From Deltaproteobacteria bacterium (GTDB taxonomy: Bacteria > Desulfobacterota > Syntrophia > Syntrophales > UBA2210), in assembly GCA_019313695.1 (NCBI GenBank), contig JAFDAS010000001.1:530-64529 (forward strand): a stretch of 64,000 bases of DNA, written 5' to 3'. Positions 53,354-64,000 of this stretch are shown here, piece by piece (the first letter of the stretch is position 1; every line of letters starts with the position of its first letter). Position numbers and translations under genes: made by a program. The notes under the pieces are model-generated. The model did not search any database and was not told the origin of the DNA. It was given only the letters and a program-made list of their open reading frames with translations.

Positions 53354-54529
53354 TCAGGAGCCGTCGGAAGGGAGAAGCTGCTGAGGTTCGCCCAAAAGGA
53401 ATTCTCCCTTTTCAATCCAGTCTTTAAGGATGTTGGCGATTTCTATTGCCTTATAATAACTGGACATGGGCGCGGCGGGGATAACCCTTCCCCCTAGCTT
53501 TATTTTGCCGCTTCTCAGCTCTTTATAGCTTACCTCGCCAAGGCTCTTTGAAATTCCGTTGGGATAATCAACGCCATAGTCGTAGACCTGCGCGTATATA
53601 TCTTTATCTCTGACAGCAGTATATCGCGCCATCTCTTCATTAAGTATCGGTATGGGCACTCCTATTCCAACATAAAGGGATACCCCGTAGCCTAACATGC
53701 TTGCCCCCACCAGCCACTCCGGGTTCATCTCCTTCAGGTTTCCTATAGTCGCCAGTGTTCCCGCTCCCTCCTTCGGGACGCCGTTTTCGCCCCTCAGCAC
53801 ATCGGGGTTGTGCTGGGTGCCCGGCCAGGCCACAAACCCCTGGGCGCCGCCGAGAAATATCCTCGTACCTATGCCGATGGTCTTGAAATAAGGGTCATTG
53901 AAGAGAGGACTTAACTGCCCCGATGTGGAGTAGGTCGCGTTCGCCATGTCGGGTCTCAACACGCCCATATAGGTGTAGATTGTCCGGTCGGACATGTTCA
54001 CAGCGCAATTGTAGTTCTGATAGGCATTTCTGGGATTGAAAAGGACAGCGTCCCTGAGATCATGTATCGTGATGTTTTTTTCATGCTTCCGGGCGGGATA
54101 GCAATCGGTGCCATAGGATCCAAGGCGCACCCGGATGACTTTTCCCGCCACAAGATCTTCCAGGACATGCCCTCCGCCGTAATTGAAATCTCCCGGGTGT
54201 ATGCTGTTGAGGGGATCTCCCTCCACGACCTCGGTGGCTCCGATATAACAATCCACAGCGGCGATGCCGCCATAAGCGGGGACATCGTTGAGCCATACTC
54301 TGGAGGCCCTTATCTTGGGAGAGGTGTGGCCGAAGTTGAGAAATGCACCCGATGAGCACATGGGACTAAAGGTTCCGGTCGTGACGACATCCACCTCTCG
54401 GGCAGCCGCGACGTCTCCCTTTTCCTCTACAATATCTATGATTTCTTCCGCGGTGACGACTACGGCCCTGCCTTTTTTTATCCTCTCGTTTATTTCCCTG
54501 TAGGTTTTATTTACTTTGTGTTTTTTCAT
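53354..54529 (-). CDS. COG1900/DUF39 homocysteine biosynthesis protein (aspartate-semialdehyde sulfurtransferase-like)
   Basis: ..KKGRAVVVTAEE..VDVVTTGTFSPMCSSGAFLNFGH.. is characteristic of COG1900a proteins. Confidence 0.75.
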   Translation of the reverse strand: MKKHKVNKTYREINERIKKGRAVVVTAEEIIDIVEEKGDVAAAREVDVVTTGTFSPMCSSGAFLNFGHTSPKIRASRVWLNDVPAYGGIAAVDCYIGATEVVEGDPLNSIHPGDFNYGGGHVLEDLVAGKVIRVRLGSYGTDCYPARKHEKNITIHDLRDAVLFNPRNAYQNYNCAVNMSDRTIYTYMGVLRPDMANATYSTSGQLSPLFNDPYFKTIGIGTRIFLGGAQGFVAWPGTQHNPDVLRGENGVPKEGAGTLATIGNLKEMNPEWLVGASMLGYGVSLYVGIGVPIPILNEEMARYTAVRDKDIYAQVYDYGVDYPNGISKSLGEVSYKELRSGKIKLGGRVIPAAPMSSYYKAIEIANILKDWIEKGEFLLGEPQQLLPSDGS

Positions 54530-54595
54530 TTGATCATTATCCCTTATGTGTAGCACTGCGCCGTGAAAATACACCAAATCAGTAAATAAGACAAA

Positions 54596-54631
54596 TAAAA
54601 AACCCCTGCCATGATAATGAACAGGGGTTTT
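54596..54631 (-). terminator. Rho-independent terminator after dut
   Basis: Minus strand: aaaacccctg-ttcattatcatgg-caggggtttttt. Confidence 0.7.
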
Positions 54632-54653
54632 GGCGTCAAATCAGCCGGGTTTT

Positions 54654-55127
54654 TCAAAAACTGTGCGGGTCGTTTTGCCCTGTATGACCAAATCCTCCAT
54701 CGCCCCTCTTTGTCGTCTCCAGGTTGTCGGTTATACTCCACAAAGCCCTGTATGCCTTGTGAACAACCATCTGGGCAATACGATCTCCCCTCTTTACAAC
54801 AAAGGGTCCGGCGCCATGATTGATTATCAGGATCTTCACCTCCCCGCGATAGTCCGCGTCTATCGTACCTGGGGAGTTCAGCACGGTAATTCCCGCCTCC
54901 ACGGCCAGCCCGCTCCTTGGTCTTATCTGGGCTTCATAACCGGGGGGCAGCGCGACGGCAATGCCCGTGGGTATCAATTTCCTCTCACCGGGAAGCAGGA
55001 TTTCTTCATCATCCACCGCCGCGAATATATCCATCCCCGCCGAGTTTTCCGTCATGTAGCGGGGAAGGGGTATATCCTTGCCATGCAGTCTTTTAACAGA
55101 AATTGCCACTTCGTTATTCAAGGGCAT
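54654..55127 (-). CDS. dut: dUTP diphosphatase
   Basis: ..NSAGMDI.., ..RPRSGLA.., ..[11 protein letters not shown]... Confidence 0.95.
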   Translation of the reverse strand: MPLNNEVAISVKRLHGKDIPLPRYMTENSAGMDIFAAVDDEEILLPGERKLIPTGIAVALPPGYEAQIRPRSGLAVEAGITVLNSPGTIDADYRGEVKILIINHGAGPFVVKRGDRIAQMVVHKAYRALWSITDNLETTKRGDGGFGHTGQNDPHSF

Positions 55128-57222
55128 CCTTCCTGCTCAGTCTTATCTTTCCGCCCCTGTCAATCTCGATAACCTTGACACGAACGGTGTCGCCTTCATT
55201 AAGCACGTCGGTAACCTTTTCCACCCTTTTGTTGTCCAGCTGGGATATGTGCACAAGCCCATCCGTGCCGGGCAGGATCTCCACAAAGGCTCCGAAATCG
55301 AGAACCTTTTTCACGGTGCCTTCGTAAATTCTGCCGATTTCGGGCTCTTCGGTCAGTGCCTTGACCATGGCAACCGCCCTTTCCGACGCCTGTGCGTCAC
55401 TGGAGGCAATGGTGACTGTGCCGTCATCATCCACGTTCATCGACACGCCTGTTTCGCTTATAATTCCCCTTATATTCTTTCCTCCGGTGCCTATGACGTC
55501 TCTTATCTTTTCCTGTTTTACCACCATAGTGGTAATCCTCGGGGCATACGCGGAAAGGTCTTCCCTGGGGGTGGTCATATTTTCATTCATCTTGCCAATA
55601 ATGAACTCTCTGCCCTCTCTTGCCTGATAAAGGGCATCTTTCAGTATATCCTCCGCAAGTCTGTCAACTTTTATATCCATCTGCAGAGCGGTTATACCTT
55701 TCTTCGTGCCGCACACCTTAAAGTCCATATCTCCAGCGTGATCCTCATCGCCGAGAATATCCGAAAGAATCACGACTTCATCCCCTTCCTTCAAAAGTCC
55801 CATCGCAATGCCCGCGACGGTATCTTTGATCGGAACGCCGGCATCCATAAGCGCGAGAGAGCCTCCGCATACTGTTGCCATGGAAGATGAGCCATTTGAG
55901 GATAACACCTCGGAAACAAGCCTGATGGTATATGGAAATTCTTCATGTGACGGAAGGAGTGGAAGCAACGCTCTCCTGGCAAGGGCTCCGTGTCCTATCT
56001 CTCTTCTTCCGGGGCCCCTCATGAACCTGGCTTCTCCCACGGAGTAGGGGGGGAAGTTGTAGTGAAGCATGAAAGTTCTCGACTCTTCCCCGTCGATGAA
56101 GTCTAGCCTCTGTTCATCCGAAGATGTTCCCAGCGTAAGAACGACAAGGGCCTGCGTTTCACCCCTCGTGAATAGTCCGGATCCATGTGCCCTCGGGAGG
56201 ATACCGACCTCGGAAGTAATCGCCCTGATGTCCCTGCTGGATCTGCCGTCTATCCTTCGCTTATCCACCAGTATCATGTTACGGAGGATCTCTCTCTCCA
56301 GTTCCTCAAAGACCGCTCTTGCCTGAGGATCAAGCCCGGCATCGTCACTGCTGAGCTCTTCCGCCATCTTCTTCTTTACTTCACCTATTTTCGCGTATCT
56401 CTCCAGTTTCCTTCCCTCAAGATAGGCATCCTGGAGTCCGGCATAGGCAACATCTTTGACCCTTTGCCTGAGGTCTTCTCCGATCACAACCGGTTCAACT
56501 TCCCTCTTTGCCTTGCCCACTGCCTGGCAGACTCGATCCTGAAGCTCGATGGCCGGCTTCATTGACTCTAATCCGAAACTGATAGCATCAAGTATTTCAT
56601 CCTCAGGGATTTCCAGGGCCCCTCCTTCCAGCATGATGAGATTGACATCAAAGTCTCCCTCTCCACCAGATGAAGGCACTTTTCTTCCAACAAGGAACAT
56701 GTCCAGATCGCTCTCGTCCATTTCCTCTGCGGAAGGGTTGCAAATCAGCTTTTCATCCACCCTTCCCACTCTGACTCCCGCGATAGGTCCCTTGAATGGT
56801 ATGTCGGACATACCAAGAGCCACGGAGGTTCCAAGCATGGCCGCGACGTTGGAATCATTTTCATCATCCACTGAAAGCACCGTCGCGACTATCTGGGTCT
56901 CATGAAAATATCCCTCGGGGAAAAGGGGGCGTATCGACCGGTCGATAATTCTCGATGTAAGAATTTCCTTCTCGTTGAGGCGCCCCTCTCTCTTGAAAAA
57001 TCCGCCGGGGATCTTCCCCGCGGCAAAGGTCTTTTCCTGATAGTCTACAGTCAGGGGCAGAAAATCCAGCCCCTCTCTTTTGGATTTAAGTGATACCGCC
57101 GTTACAAGCACAACCGTATCGCCATACGTAACCACTGCGGATCCATCCGCCTGCCCTGCGAGATAGTTCGTCTTTACAGACACATCCCTTCCCGCAAAGG
57201 TTGTTTTAAATACTTCGCTCAT
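55114..57222 (-). CDS. pnp: Polyribonucleotide nucleotidyltransferase (PNPase)
   Basis: 702 aa: two RNase PH domains, then KH and S1 (..[20 protein letters not shown]..). Confidence 0.95.
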   Translation of the reverse strand: MSEVFKTTFAGRDVSVKTNYLAGQADGSAVVTYGDTVVLVTAVSLKSKREGLDFLPLTVDYQEKTFAAGKIPGGFFKREGRLNEKEILTSRIIDRSIRPLFPEGYFHETQIVATVLSVDDENDSNVAAMLGTSVALGMSDIPFKGPIAGVRVGRVDEKLICNPSAEEMDESDLDMFLVGRKVPSSGGEGDFDVNLIMLEGGALEIPEDEILDAISFGLESMKPAIELQDRVCQAVGKAKREVEPVVIGEDLRQRVKDVAYAGLQDAYLEGRKLERYAKIGEVKKKMAEELSSDDAGLDPQARAVFEELEREILRNMILVDKRRIDGRSSRDIRAITSEVGILPRAHGSGLFTRGETQALVVLTLGTSSDEQRLDFIDGEESRTFMLHYNFPPYSVGEARFMRGPGRREIGHGALARRALLPLLPSHEEFPYTIRLVSEVLSSNGSSSMATVCGGSLALMDAGVPIKDTVAGIAMGLLKEGDEVVILSDILGDEDHAGDMDFKVCGTKKGITALQMDIKVDRLAEDILKDALYQAREGREFIIGKMNENMTTPREDLSAYAPRITTMVVKQEKIRDVIGTGGKNIRGIISETGVSMNVDDDGTVTIASSDAQASERAVAMVKALTEEPEIGRIYEGTVKKVLDFGAFVEILPGTDGLVHISQLDNKRVEKVTDVLNEGDTVRVKVIEIDRGGKIRLSRKDALE

Positions 57223-57246
57223 ATTAATATTTACTCCTCTATTTTT

Positions 57247-57513
57247 TTATCTTCTTAATCCGAGACGCTTGATGAGTTCTCGATATCTTTCTATGTCTTT
57301 TTTCTTGAGATAATCAAGCATACTTCTTCTCTGTCCCACAAGTTTCAGGAGTCCCCTCCGGGAATGATGATCCTTTTTGTGTGTCTTGAAGTGATCTGTC
57401 AGGTACGTTATCCTTCCGCTCAGGAGCGCAACCTGGACTTCCGGAGACCCTGTATCGCCCTCATGGGTCTGAAAATCAGTTATTATCTCTTTTTTTCTTT
57501 CTTCATCTAACAC
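57247..57513 (-). CDS. rpsO: 30S ribosomal protein S15
   Basis: ..[38 protein letters not shown].. Confidence 0.95.
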   Translation of the reverse strand: MLDEERKKEIITDFQTHEGDTGSPEVQVALLSGRITYLTDHFKTHKKDHHSRRGLLKLVGQRRSMLDYLKKKDIERYRELIKRLGLRR

Positions 57514-57578
57514 GTTTATTTATCCTCCCTATACATTTATCTCGTTTTTTTAATTAATGCACTCGTAAAAAGTCTGTC

Positions 57579-58508
57579 TTAATTAAATACCCTTAAAATT
57601 TTAACTATTTGCTCTTTGTCACTCAACAGGAAAATTTCCTCCGAAGAGAAAAGCGCCTTTGCGACAGCAACGATCCTGCCATCCTGAAGAACAAATTTTA
57701 CCAGATCTCCCTTCTCCAGCAAAGGAGTATTTTTATCATTCAAAACATCGCAATCGGGCTGATATCCTTTCCTTATCCTGTCCGCGGTATCCTGATCAAC
57801 AACGATTTTGCGGAGGCCGGGCAAAGTGTCCGCTATGGGAAGCAAGTTTTTTTTGAGGATTTCAACCTTTTCCCTGTCAGCGAGACCCTCAAGTGATATG
57901 GCATTCTTCTCATCGAAGCAACCGCTTCTCGTTCGTCTGAGGCCTGACAGACAGGCGCCGCATCCCAGCCTGTTCCCGATATCGGCACACAGCGATCTTA
58001 TATAGGTGCCCTTCGAACAGGAAACCGTAAAAGTCACATAGGGGATTCTTACCTCTTCCACGTTTATATGATATAAATCAACCTTCCTCAAGGGAGGTTC
58101 GATGTCAACCCCCTGCCGTGTCCATTTGTAGAGAGGTTTGCCCCTGAACTTGACAGCCGAATACTTCGGGACTCTCTGCTCTATCCGGCCGGTAAAACCC
58201 TCCACCACATCTTTCAGCTCTTCTGTCTGAAGGTGGGGTTTACAGCGTTCCAGCACCTCGCCCTCTATGTCGAGGGTGTCCGTCCTGACGCCCAGAAGCA
58301 TCGTGGCGCGATACTCTTTATCATCATTTGAAAAGAACTGCACAAGCTTGGTCGCCTCATTTATGCAAACGGTAAGGACTCCAGTTGCCAGTGGATCAAG
58401 CGTCCCCGCGTGTCCGACTTTTTTCGCCCCTAACAATTTCCTGACATCGCGGACAACATCATGCGATGTCCTGCCGGACGGTTTGTCAATGATCAGCACT
58501 CCATTCAT
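57579..58508 (-). CDS. truB: tRNA pseudouridine(55) synthase TruB
   Basis: MNGVLIIDKPSGRTSHDVV..GHAGTLDPLATGVL. Confidence 0.95.
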   Translation of the reverse strand: MNGVLIIDKPSGRTSHDVVRDVRKLLGAKKVGHAGTLDPLATGVLTVCINEATKLVQFFSNDDKEYRATMLLGVRTDTLDIEGEVLERCKPHLQTEELKDVVEGFTGRIEQRVPKYSAVKFRGKPLYKWTRQGVDIEPPLRKVDLYHINVEEVRIPYVTFTVSCSKGTYIRSLCADIGNRLGCGACLSGLRRTRSGCFDEKNAISLEGLADREKVEILKKNLLPIADTLPGLRKIVVDQDTADRIRKGYQPDCDVLNDKNTPLLEKGDLVKFVLQDGRIVAVAKALFSSEEIFLLSDKEQIVKILRVFN

Positions 58509-58589
58509 ATCACAATATCACAAACTTGATACACGAGTTTGTCAAACTTCATATCTTTAAAAATTTGACAGGATCAACTTTGATGCACC

Positions 58590-58708
58590 CGTAAAAAGTC
58601 TGTCATTCCCGCGTAGGCGGGAATCCACAGAGCGCTAAGTACTTGAAAACACTGGATTCCCGTTTTCACGGGAATGACAAAATTGTACATATTTCGACTT
58701 TTTACGAA
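58590..58708. repeat. Family-1 palindromic element, full copy
   Basis: cgtaaaaagtctGTCATTCCCGcgtaggCGGGAATCC...CTGGATTCCCGttttcaCGGGAATGACaaaattgtacatatttcgactttttacgaa. Confidence 0.85.
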
Positions 58709-58738
58709 TGCATCAACTTTATCTTGCCAAAATACTTT

Positions 58739-59701
58739 TCATAAAGTACTGCACACCGCCCTTATAGCGCCGAGCACTTTCCCCTTGACTGCTTTAATGC
58801 TCCCTTCAACCCTGCAGGCGGAGGCATTCACATGTCCTCCCCCTCCCAATTTGCCCGCAATTTTCTCCACATCCACTGTTCCCTTTGATCGCAGGCTTAT
58901 CTTAAACCGGTTTCTGGAAACTTCATAATAACATACGGCAATTTCAACGCCCTGTATTGAGCGGACTATATCCACAAAACCTTCTGTGTGTTCCGGCAAC
59001 GCCCCTTCCCTGCGAAGCATCTCCTGCGTGACATAAATGGAACCCACTCTTCCACCTTCATAAAACTCCATGGTGTCCAGCGCTTTTCCCATCAGCCGAA
59101 TCTGAATCACAGGTCTGGTCTCATAAATGTTCTCAGCTATATATCGGCAGTCCGCGCCTTTTCCCATCAGATCAGCTGCCACCCTGAAAGTATCGATTCC
59201 CGTGTTGGAATAACGGAAACTGCCGGTATCTGTCAGGATAGCCGTATATATATTCGTGGCAATGTCCGCGGTTATCGCAATCCCCATCCTGTTCAGGAGG
59301 CGGTGGACTATCTCTCCGGTGGAACTCGCCGAGGGATCAACCAGCAATATTTCCGAAAAGGTGCCGCCTGAGACATGATGGTCAATGCTTATAATCTTGT
59401 CTATGGAACCTATCCTGTCTGCTTCATTTCCGACCCTCTTGATATCGCTGCAGTCCAGAACAAAAACCGCGTCAAACCCGTTTACAGAGTCCATGGAATG
59501 TATAATATTCTCAGAGCCGGGGAGAAATCCATACACATCAGGTGTCTGATCCTGATTATACACAACGGCGTTTTTGCCCATGCCACGCAGCGCGTGATAT
59601 ATGGCCAGCTCAGACCCCAGGGCATCACCATCCGGTCTTACATGGGCGGTTATGAGAAAGGTGGCGCAGGAATTTATGACTTCAATAACTTCATTAAACA
59701 T
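58739..59701 (-). CDS. nrnA: DHH-family phosphoesterase (NrnA-like oligoribonuclease/pAp phosphatase)
   Basis: ..HVRPDGDALGS.., ..DHH.. and a DHHA1 domain with GGGH. Confidence 0.85.
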   Translation of the reverse strand: MFNEVIEVINSCATFLITAHVRPDGDALGSELAIYHALRGMGKNAVVYNQDQTPDVYGFLPGSENIIHSMDSVNGFDAVFVLDCSDIKRVGNEADRIGSIDKIISIDHHVSGGTFSEILLVDPSASSTGEIVHRLLNRMGIAITADIATNIYTAILTDTGSFRYSNTGIDTFRVAADLMGKGADCRYIAENIYETRPVIQIRLMGKALDTMEFYEGGRVGSIYVTQEMLRREGALPEHTEGFVDIVRSIQGVEIAVCYYEVSRNRFKISLRSKGTVDVEKIAGKLGGGGHVNASACRVEGSIKAVKGKVLGAIRAVCSTL

Positions 59702-60041
59702 CTTTTTCTATTCCCGCTAACAATCTGTTAATGCGGTCTCCATATTCGAATGATTCATCAAATATAAACTTTATTTCAGGAACATAGCGAAGTCGCAATC
59801 TTTTCCCCAATTCCCTTCTCAAAAAACCGGTAACCCTCTGCAGGCCCTTCGTTGTTTCGTCACTGCAACTGTTCTCCCCTGTCTGGACAAAAAAGACTTT
59901 CGCCTGGCGGAGGTCGTCCGTAACCTTAATGCCGGTGACGATTACCTTCCTTACCTGCGGATCATTTATATCTCTCAACAGAATGTCCGAAACCTCAGCC
60001 TTTATGAGATCGGCAACCCTGTCAGCTCTCTTGAAACTCAT
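59694..60041 (-). CDS. rbfA: Ribosome-binding factor A
   Basis: MSFKRADRVADLIKAEVSDILLRDINDP... The start at 60041 or 60050 is preferred over 60065. Confidence 0.9.
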   Translation of the reverse strand: MSFKRADRVADLIKAEVSDILLRDINDPQVRKVIVTGIKVTDDLRQAKVFFVQTGENSCSDETTKGLQRVTGFLRRELGKRLRLRYVPEIKFIFDESFEYGDRINRLLAGIEKDV

Positions 60042-60363
60042 TGAATCCATCTTGCCTACAAACACTCCAGGTATCAGAAATGTTATAAATCTCTATATTG
60101 ACATTAACTACATCAGCCAGATTCAGCCCTTCCACAAAATTTACAACCTTATCCATCTTTGAATTGATAAAGCTCCTCTCGTTTCCCACCATGCTGAATC
60201 CAATCCGGCATTTCTTCCAGTCGTTCTGCTGCCCGACCTCCGCTATGGAGATGTTGAATTCGTTCTTCGTTCTGCTCAGGATTCTCCGCAGTACGGACCT
60301 CTTTTCTTTCAAAGATCTGCTGCTCTCGACGAAAATATCAATTATTCCCGTGCCGACCACCAT
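60022..60363 (-). CDS. DUF503 (YlxP-like) protein
   Basis: MVVGTGIIDIFVESSRSLKEKRSVLRRIL.. is typical of the DUF503 gene found between infB and rbfA. Confidence 0.75.
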   Translation of the reverse strand: MVVGTGIIDIFVESSRSLKEKRSVLRRILSRTKNEFNISIAEVGQQNDWKKCRIGFSMVGNERSFINSKMDKVVNFVEGLNLADVVNVNIEIYNISDTWSVCRQDGFNEFQES

Positions 60364-60421
60364 TCTTGCGAACCCCTGACAGATCAAACAGAGACTTTTA
60401 TGCAAAAACAACAGGGATTTT

Positions 60422-62938
60422 CTATAACTTCCTGGCTGTTTTTTTCCTTGTATAAGTTTCTATGATATCCCCTTCCTTGATATCATTAAAGCTTTCTATC
60501 CCGATGCCGCATTCAAAACCGGAGAGAACCTCCTTGGCATCATCCTTGAATCTCTTGAGCGACAGGAATTTGCCGTCATGAACAACCGTTTCGTTCCTCA
60601 ACAACCTTAAACCGGCATTTCGTGTCAGTTTGCCGTCGGTCACGCGGGCTCCGGCAATAGTGCCGATTTTTGACACCTTGAACACCTGAAGAACTTCCGC
60701 CCGTCCCTGAACAACTTCTTCGTAAATGGGATCAAGCAGCCCTTCCATAGCATCTTTTACATCAGCAATGGCGTCATATATGACGTCGTAAAGCTTTACG
60801 TCAACGCCTTCATTTTCGATAATTTCCGAAACCCTCGCGTCAGGCCTGACCTTAAATCCTATCACTATCGCATCGGACGCCGACGCCAGCATGACGTCCG
60901 TTTCGGTGATCGCGCCAGCGGAACCGTGTACCAGACTCAACTTTATATCGTCTGTGCTGAGCTTGATGAGGGCCTCCGAAAGCGCCTCCACCGACCCCTG
61001 AACATCCGCCTTGATAACAACGTTCAGCTCCTTGGCGCCTTCCTGGATCCTCTCGTACAGTTGTTCAAGGGTGATCTTTGAAGTCCTGGAGAGTTCTTTC
61101 TCCCGTTCTTTTCTTAACCAGTGTTCACCTACGGCCCGCGCCTTTTTGTCGTCTTCCACACACACAAAGTCCATGCCGGCCTGCGGCACGCTGGAAAAGC
61201 CCACAACCTCCACCGGCATGGCAGGCCCCGCTTCTGTAACCCTGAGCCCTTTGTCGCTGGCCATGGCTCGCACTTTGCCATACTCCATCCTTGAAACAAT
61301 GGCATCACCCTCTTTCAGGGTACCCTCCTGGATGATAACAGTAGCTACAGGCCCTCTTCCCCTGTCAAGTTTCGCTTCAATAACAATTCCTCGTGCCAAT
61401 CTGTCCGGATCGGCTTTAAGCTCCATGATATCCGCCTGGAGGAGGATCAATTCCATCAATTCCTCTATTCCCGTTTTTTCTTTCGCCGAAACCTCCGCGT
61501 AAATGGTATCCCCTCCCCATGCCTCGGGCACAAGGTCGAGGTCCGCAAGCTGCTGTTTTATCCTTTCCGGGTCGGCATTTGCCTTGTCGATCTTGTTAAC
61601 AGCAACTATGATGGGAACGCCGGCGGCTCTGGAATGATTGATTGCTTCAATTGTCTGATCCATAACGCCATCATCAGCGGCAACTACAAGTACCACAATA
61701 TCGGTTACCTGGGCGCCTCTCGCCCTCATCGCGGTAAAGGCCTCGTGTCCCGGCGTATCAATAAACACGATATCTTTTTCGTTGACACGCACATGATATG
61801 CCCCTATTGCCTGGGTTATTCCGCCTGATTCCCCATCTATAACATTCGTCTCTCTTATAACATCCAGAAGAGATGTCTTACCATGATCAACATGACCCAT
61901 GATGGTCACCACGGGCGCCCTCGGCGCGAGATTCTCAGGCAGAGGTTCCTCTCTGTGCATGATATCTTCGTAATCGGCTTTGGCAGATTCCACCTGATAT
62001 CCGAATTCACCGGCAACGAGGGTCGCGGCATCGAAATCTATTGACTGATTGATTGTAACCATCATGTCCAGAGAAACAAGCTTGCCGATCAACTCACCAG
62101 CCTTAATGCCCATTTTCTTCGCGAGATCACTTATTCTTATGGCATCTTCTATCTTTATCCTTCTCTTTATCGCCCTGGGGGTTGTAATTTCCGTCGTCTG
62201 CATCCGGGTCGTGGAAATCTTGTCCTCTTTCCAGCTCCGGCGGCCTTCCCCGGTTTTCCCGTTTTTGGATCGTTTCGCTCTTTTGTCGACACGTTGTTTG
62301 ACAAAGACCTTTTTCCGTCGTTGTTCCCTGTCTATATGTACTTCAACAGGTTTTTTTGCCTTATGTGAAGGTTTAGGCGCCGGCTTTTTTTCCTCCTTCT
62401 CGCGGGTGGGTTTGACCTCTTGAGGTGCCGGAGTCTTTTTCTCCTGCCTGAGGGAGACATCCTCTTTCGGAGGTATTTTCTTTGTTTCTTTTTTTGGAGC
62501 TTCCCGGATGATTTTTATTAGAGACTTACGAGGCTTTACTACCGGTGTGGCGCTTTTTTCTTTTTTCTCGTCCCTCTTTTCTGTTGCCCTGTCTTCTGCC
62601 GGAACGTCTTCCTCTGAAACCACCACCGGGGGTTCCCCCGTTTCCTTTATCGTTTCTCCCTGCTCTGTCTCAGGTTGAAGTTCATCATGAGTTTCTTCAA
62701 TCTCAGGAACTTGCTGCCGAATCGCTCTCCTTCTGATAACCGTCCGCTTGACCCTTTTTTCTACGACTGCATTCTTCTCACCCAGCGCGAACTCTTTGCG
62801 CACCCTCTCAGCATCACTATCTTCGAGAGAGCTGGAAGAGCCCTTGACGGCTATTCCGAGTTTCTCCAGTCGTGCGACAAGATCTTTATTATCTATGTCG
62901 AGCTCTTTCGCTAATTCGTAGACTCTTGTTTTGGACAT
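60422..62938 (-). CDS. infB: Translation initiation factor IF-2
   Basis: 838 aa. Lys/Glu-rich N-region. G-domain [26 protein letters not shown]. Confidence 0.95.
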   Translation of the reverse strand: MSKTRVYELAKELDIDNKDLVARLEKLGIAVKGSSSSLEDSDAERVRKEFALGEKNAVVEKRVKRTVIRRRAIRQQVPEIEETHDELQPETEQGETIKETGEPPVVVSEEDVPAEDRATEKRDEKKEKSATPVVKPRKSLIKIIREAPKKETKKIPPKEDVSLRQEKKTPAPQEVKPTREKEEKKPAPKPSHKAKKPVEVHIDREQRRKKVFVKQRVDKRAKRSKNGKTGEGRRSWKEDKISTTRMQTTEITTPRAIKRRIKIEDAIRISDLAKKMGIKAGELIGKLVSLDMMVTINQSIDFDAATLVAGEFGYQVESAKADYEDIMHREEPLPENLAPRAPVVTIMGHVDHGKTSLLDVIRETNVIDGESGGITQAIGAYHVRVNEKDIVFIDTPGHEAFTAMRARGAQVTDIVVLVVAADDGVMDQTIEAINHSRAAGVPIIVAVNKIDKANADPERIKQQLADLDLVPEAWGGDTIYAEVSAKEKTGIEELMELILLQADIMELKADPDRLARGIVIEAKLDRGRGPVATVIIQEGTLKEGDAIVSRMEYGKVRAMASDKGLRVTEAGPAMPVEVVGFSSVPQAGMDFVCVEDDKKARAVGEHWLRKEREKELSRTSKITLEQLYERIQEGAKELNVVIKADVQGSVEALSEALIKLSTDDIKLSLVHGSAGAITETDVMLASASDAIVIGFKVRPDARVSEIIENEGVDVKLYDVIYDAIADVKDAMEGLLDPIYEEVVQGRAEVLQVFKVSKIGTIAGARVTDGKLTRNAGLRLLRNETVVHDGKFLSLKRFKDDAKEVLSGFECGIGIESFNDIKEGDIIETYTRKKTARKL

Positions 62939-62982
62939 TATTGGGACTCCTGATTGCCTTGTCGATAGTGTGCGAACGGTTT

Positions 62983-64000
62983 TTAAATATCTTCAGGGAG
63001 ATTCTCGCTACTTTCGTTATCAATAATTTTCTTTGCTTCTTCAATCCAGCCGATGGCTTTCTTCTGGCTGATTCCCTTTATGGAACTCAGCGCCTCGGGT
63101 TCTGCCGAAGCCACCATCGCAATACCCTTATATCCTTCCTCATAGAGAAGATTGGCTGTACGCTCACCAATGCCGGCGATCCTCATGAGAGATGTGTACC
63201 CCTCTTTTTCCTCTTCCGCCACTCCTGTTTCATTCTTGACATCAATTCTCCAGCCGGTGAGCCTGGCTGCCAGCCGGACGTTTTGCCCTGCCCTGCCAAT
63301 AGCCAGAGAAAGCTGGTCATCCGGCACGATGACCTCCATAGTCCGGGCATCTTCATCCATGTACACCCTGTCGACCTTGGCCGGAGACAGGGCGTTGCAT
63401 ACATATCTCACCGGATCATCGGAGCAGGGAACAATATCTATTTTTTCTCCCCGAAGTTCCTGTACGACACCCTGCACCCTCGATCCTCTCATTCCCACAC
63501 ACGCTCCGACCGGATCAATATCTTTATCCACTGACTTTACGGAGATCTTGGTTCTGTTTCCCGGTTCCCTTGCTATATTGACAATATCTATCAGACCTTC
63601 TGATATTTCAGGGACCTCCATTTCAAAGAGTGTCCTGATAAAACCGGGGTGTGTTCTGGATAACAGTATCTGGGGGCCTTTGGATATCCTCTTCACGTCA
63701 TATATATATGCCCTTATCCGTTCACCCCTTCTGAATGATTCTCTCTTTATCTGCTCAGAAGGAAGGATTACTCCTTCCGACATGCCGAGACTTACGATTA
63801 TGCTTCCCCCCTCAAATCTTTGCACGAAGCCGTTGACAAGGTCGCCTTTTCTGTCTTTGTACTCCTCGTAAACGTTGTCACGCTCGGCATCTTTGACCTT
63901 CTGGATTATAATCTGCTTGGCTGTCTGAACGGCTATTCTGCCGAAGGTGTCCGTCTCTATCCTTATTCCGAGACTGTCTCCGAGTTCCGCGTCTTCATCC
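62983..64000 (-). CDS. nusA: Transcription termination/antitermination factor NusA (5' end beyond the window)
   Basis: The frame stays open to the window edge (hand-translated ..[29 protein letters not shown]..). S1, KH1/KH2 (..[12 protein letters not shown].., ..[12 protein letters not shown]..) and a C-terminal HhH. Confidence 0.9.
   Translation of the reverse strand, partial: DEDAELGDSLGIRIETDTFGRIAVQTAKQIIIQKVKDAERDNVYEEYKDRKGDLVNGFVQRFEGGSIIVSLGMSEGVILPSEQIKRESFRRGERIRAYIYDVKRISKGPQILLSRTHPGFIRTLFEMEVPEISEGLIDIVNIAREPGNRTKISVKSVDKDIDPVGACVGMRGSRVQGVVQELRGEKIDIVPCSDDPVRYVCNALSPAKVDRVYMDEDARTMEVIVPDDQLSLAIGRAGQNVRLAARLTGWRIDVKNETGVAEEEKEGYTSLMRIAGIGERTANLLYEEGYKGIAMVASAEPEALSSIKGISQKKAIGWIEEAKKIIDNESSENLPEDI

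Noticed and set aside
54530-54653. SAM/SAH riboswitch upstream of the COG1900 homocysteine gene
   Set aside because: After subtracting the dut terminator, only about 65 nt remain. That is too short, and it lacks the conserved SAM-I/II elements.
55078-55890. 270-aa plus-strand ORF
   Set aside because: It is entirely antisense to pnp, whose protein is unmistakable. It has no RBS and low-complexity composition, so it is a shadow ORF.
62872-63871. Two plus-strand ORFs (220 and 239 aa)
   Set aside because: They are antisense to nusA, Ser/Pro/Leu-rich shadow frames.
1-64000. CRISPR array, tRNA, rRNA, tmRNA, RNase P, SRP RNA
   Set aside because: The repeats found are dispersed palindromic elements, not regularly spaced direct repeats. 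No cloverleaf-like or conserved structured-RNA motifs were recognised by eye in intergenic regions longer than 140 nt. A tool-based scan (tRNAscan-SE, cmscan) is still advisable.

Overview
This 64-kb chromosomal window looks like it comes from an anaerobic Desulfobacterota (delta-proteobacterial) genome. That placement is an inference from gene content and from the synteny nusA-infB-DUF503-rbfA-nrnA-truB-rpsO-pnp-dut; no database search was run. Most of the window is ordinary core genome. It includes an ArsR/permease pair, mltC, a crotonase, hisF, azlCD, and a TetR-linked acyl-CoA dehydrogenase/etfBA/4-hydroxybutyryl-CoA dehydratase/Fe-ADH cluster. It also includes mobA, a PAS-GGDEF protein, def, selA, rluD, rho-rpmE-prfA, a four-subunit 2-oxoacid:ferredoxin oxidoreductase, waaA, rpe, holA-like, rpsU, hisC, gcvH plus a lipoate ligase, yhhQ-queF, ftsB-pilMNOPQ and a COG1900 homocysteine-synthesis gene. 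The stand-out region is 41.9-46.9 kb, between queF and the pil operon. It holds seven small, visibly AT-richer gene units, all on the minus strand: hicAB, a GNAT, phd-vapC, a 4-TM protein, a zinc-ribbon membrane protein, a 259-aa orphan and a DUF4268/PD-(D/E)XK protein. Each unit is separated from the next by an imperfect palindrome that starts ...AAC and ends GTT.... For six of the seven units, the 7-mer at the unit's 5' boundary is the exact reverse complement of the 7-mer opening its own 3' palindrome. This is the signature of integron gene cassettes with attC sites. No integrase gene is visible in the window, so it is a CALIN-type array or a decayed sedentary integron. Other observations: two or three dispersed MITE/REP-like repeat families share TGTCATT termini. 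A Leu/Ser-rich mini-ORF with a strong terminator lies directly upstream of the oxidoreductase operon. rho has a ~540-nt structured leader. A second toxin-antitoxin module is flanked by a 10-nt direct repeat. No rRNA, tRNA or CRISPR array was recognised.
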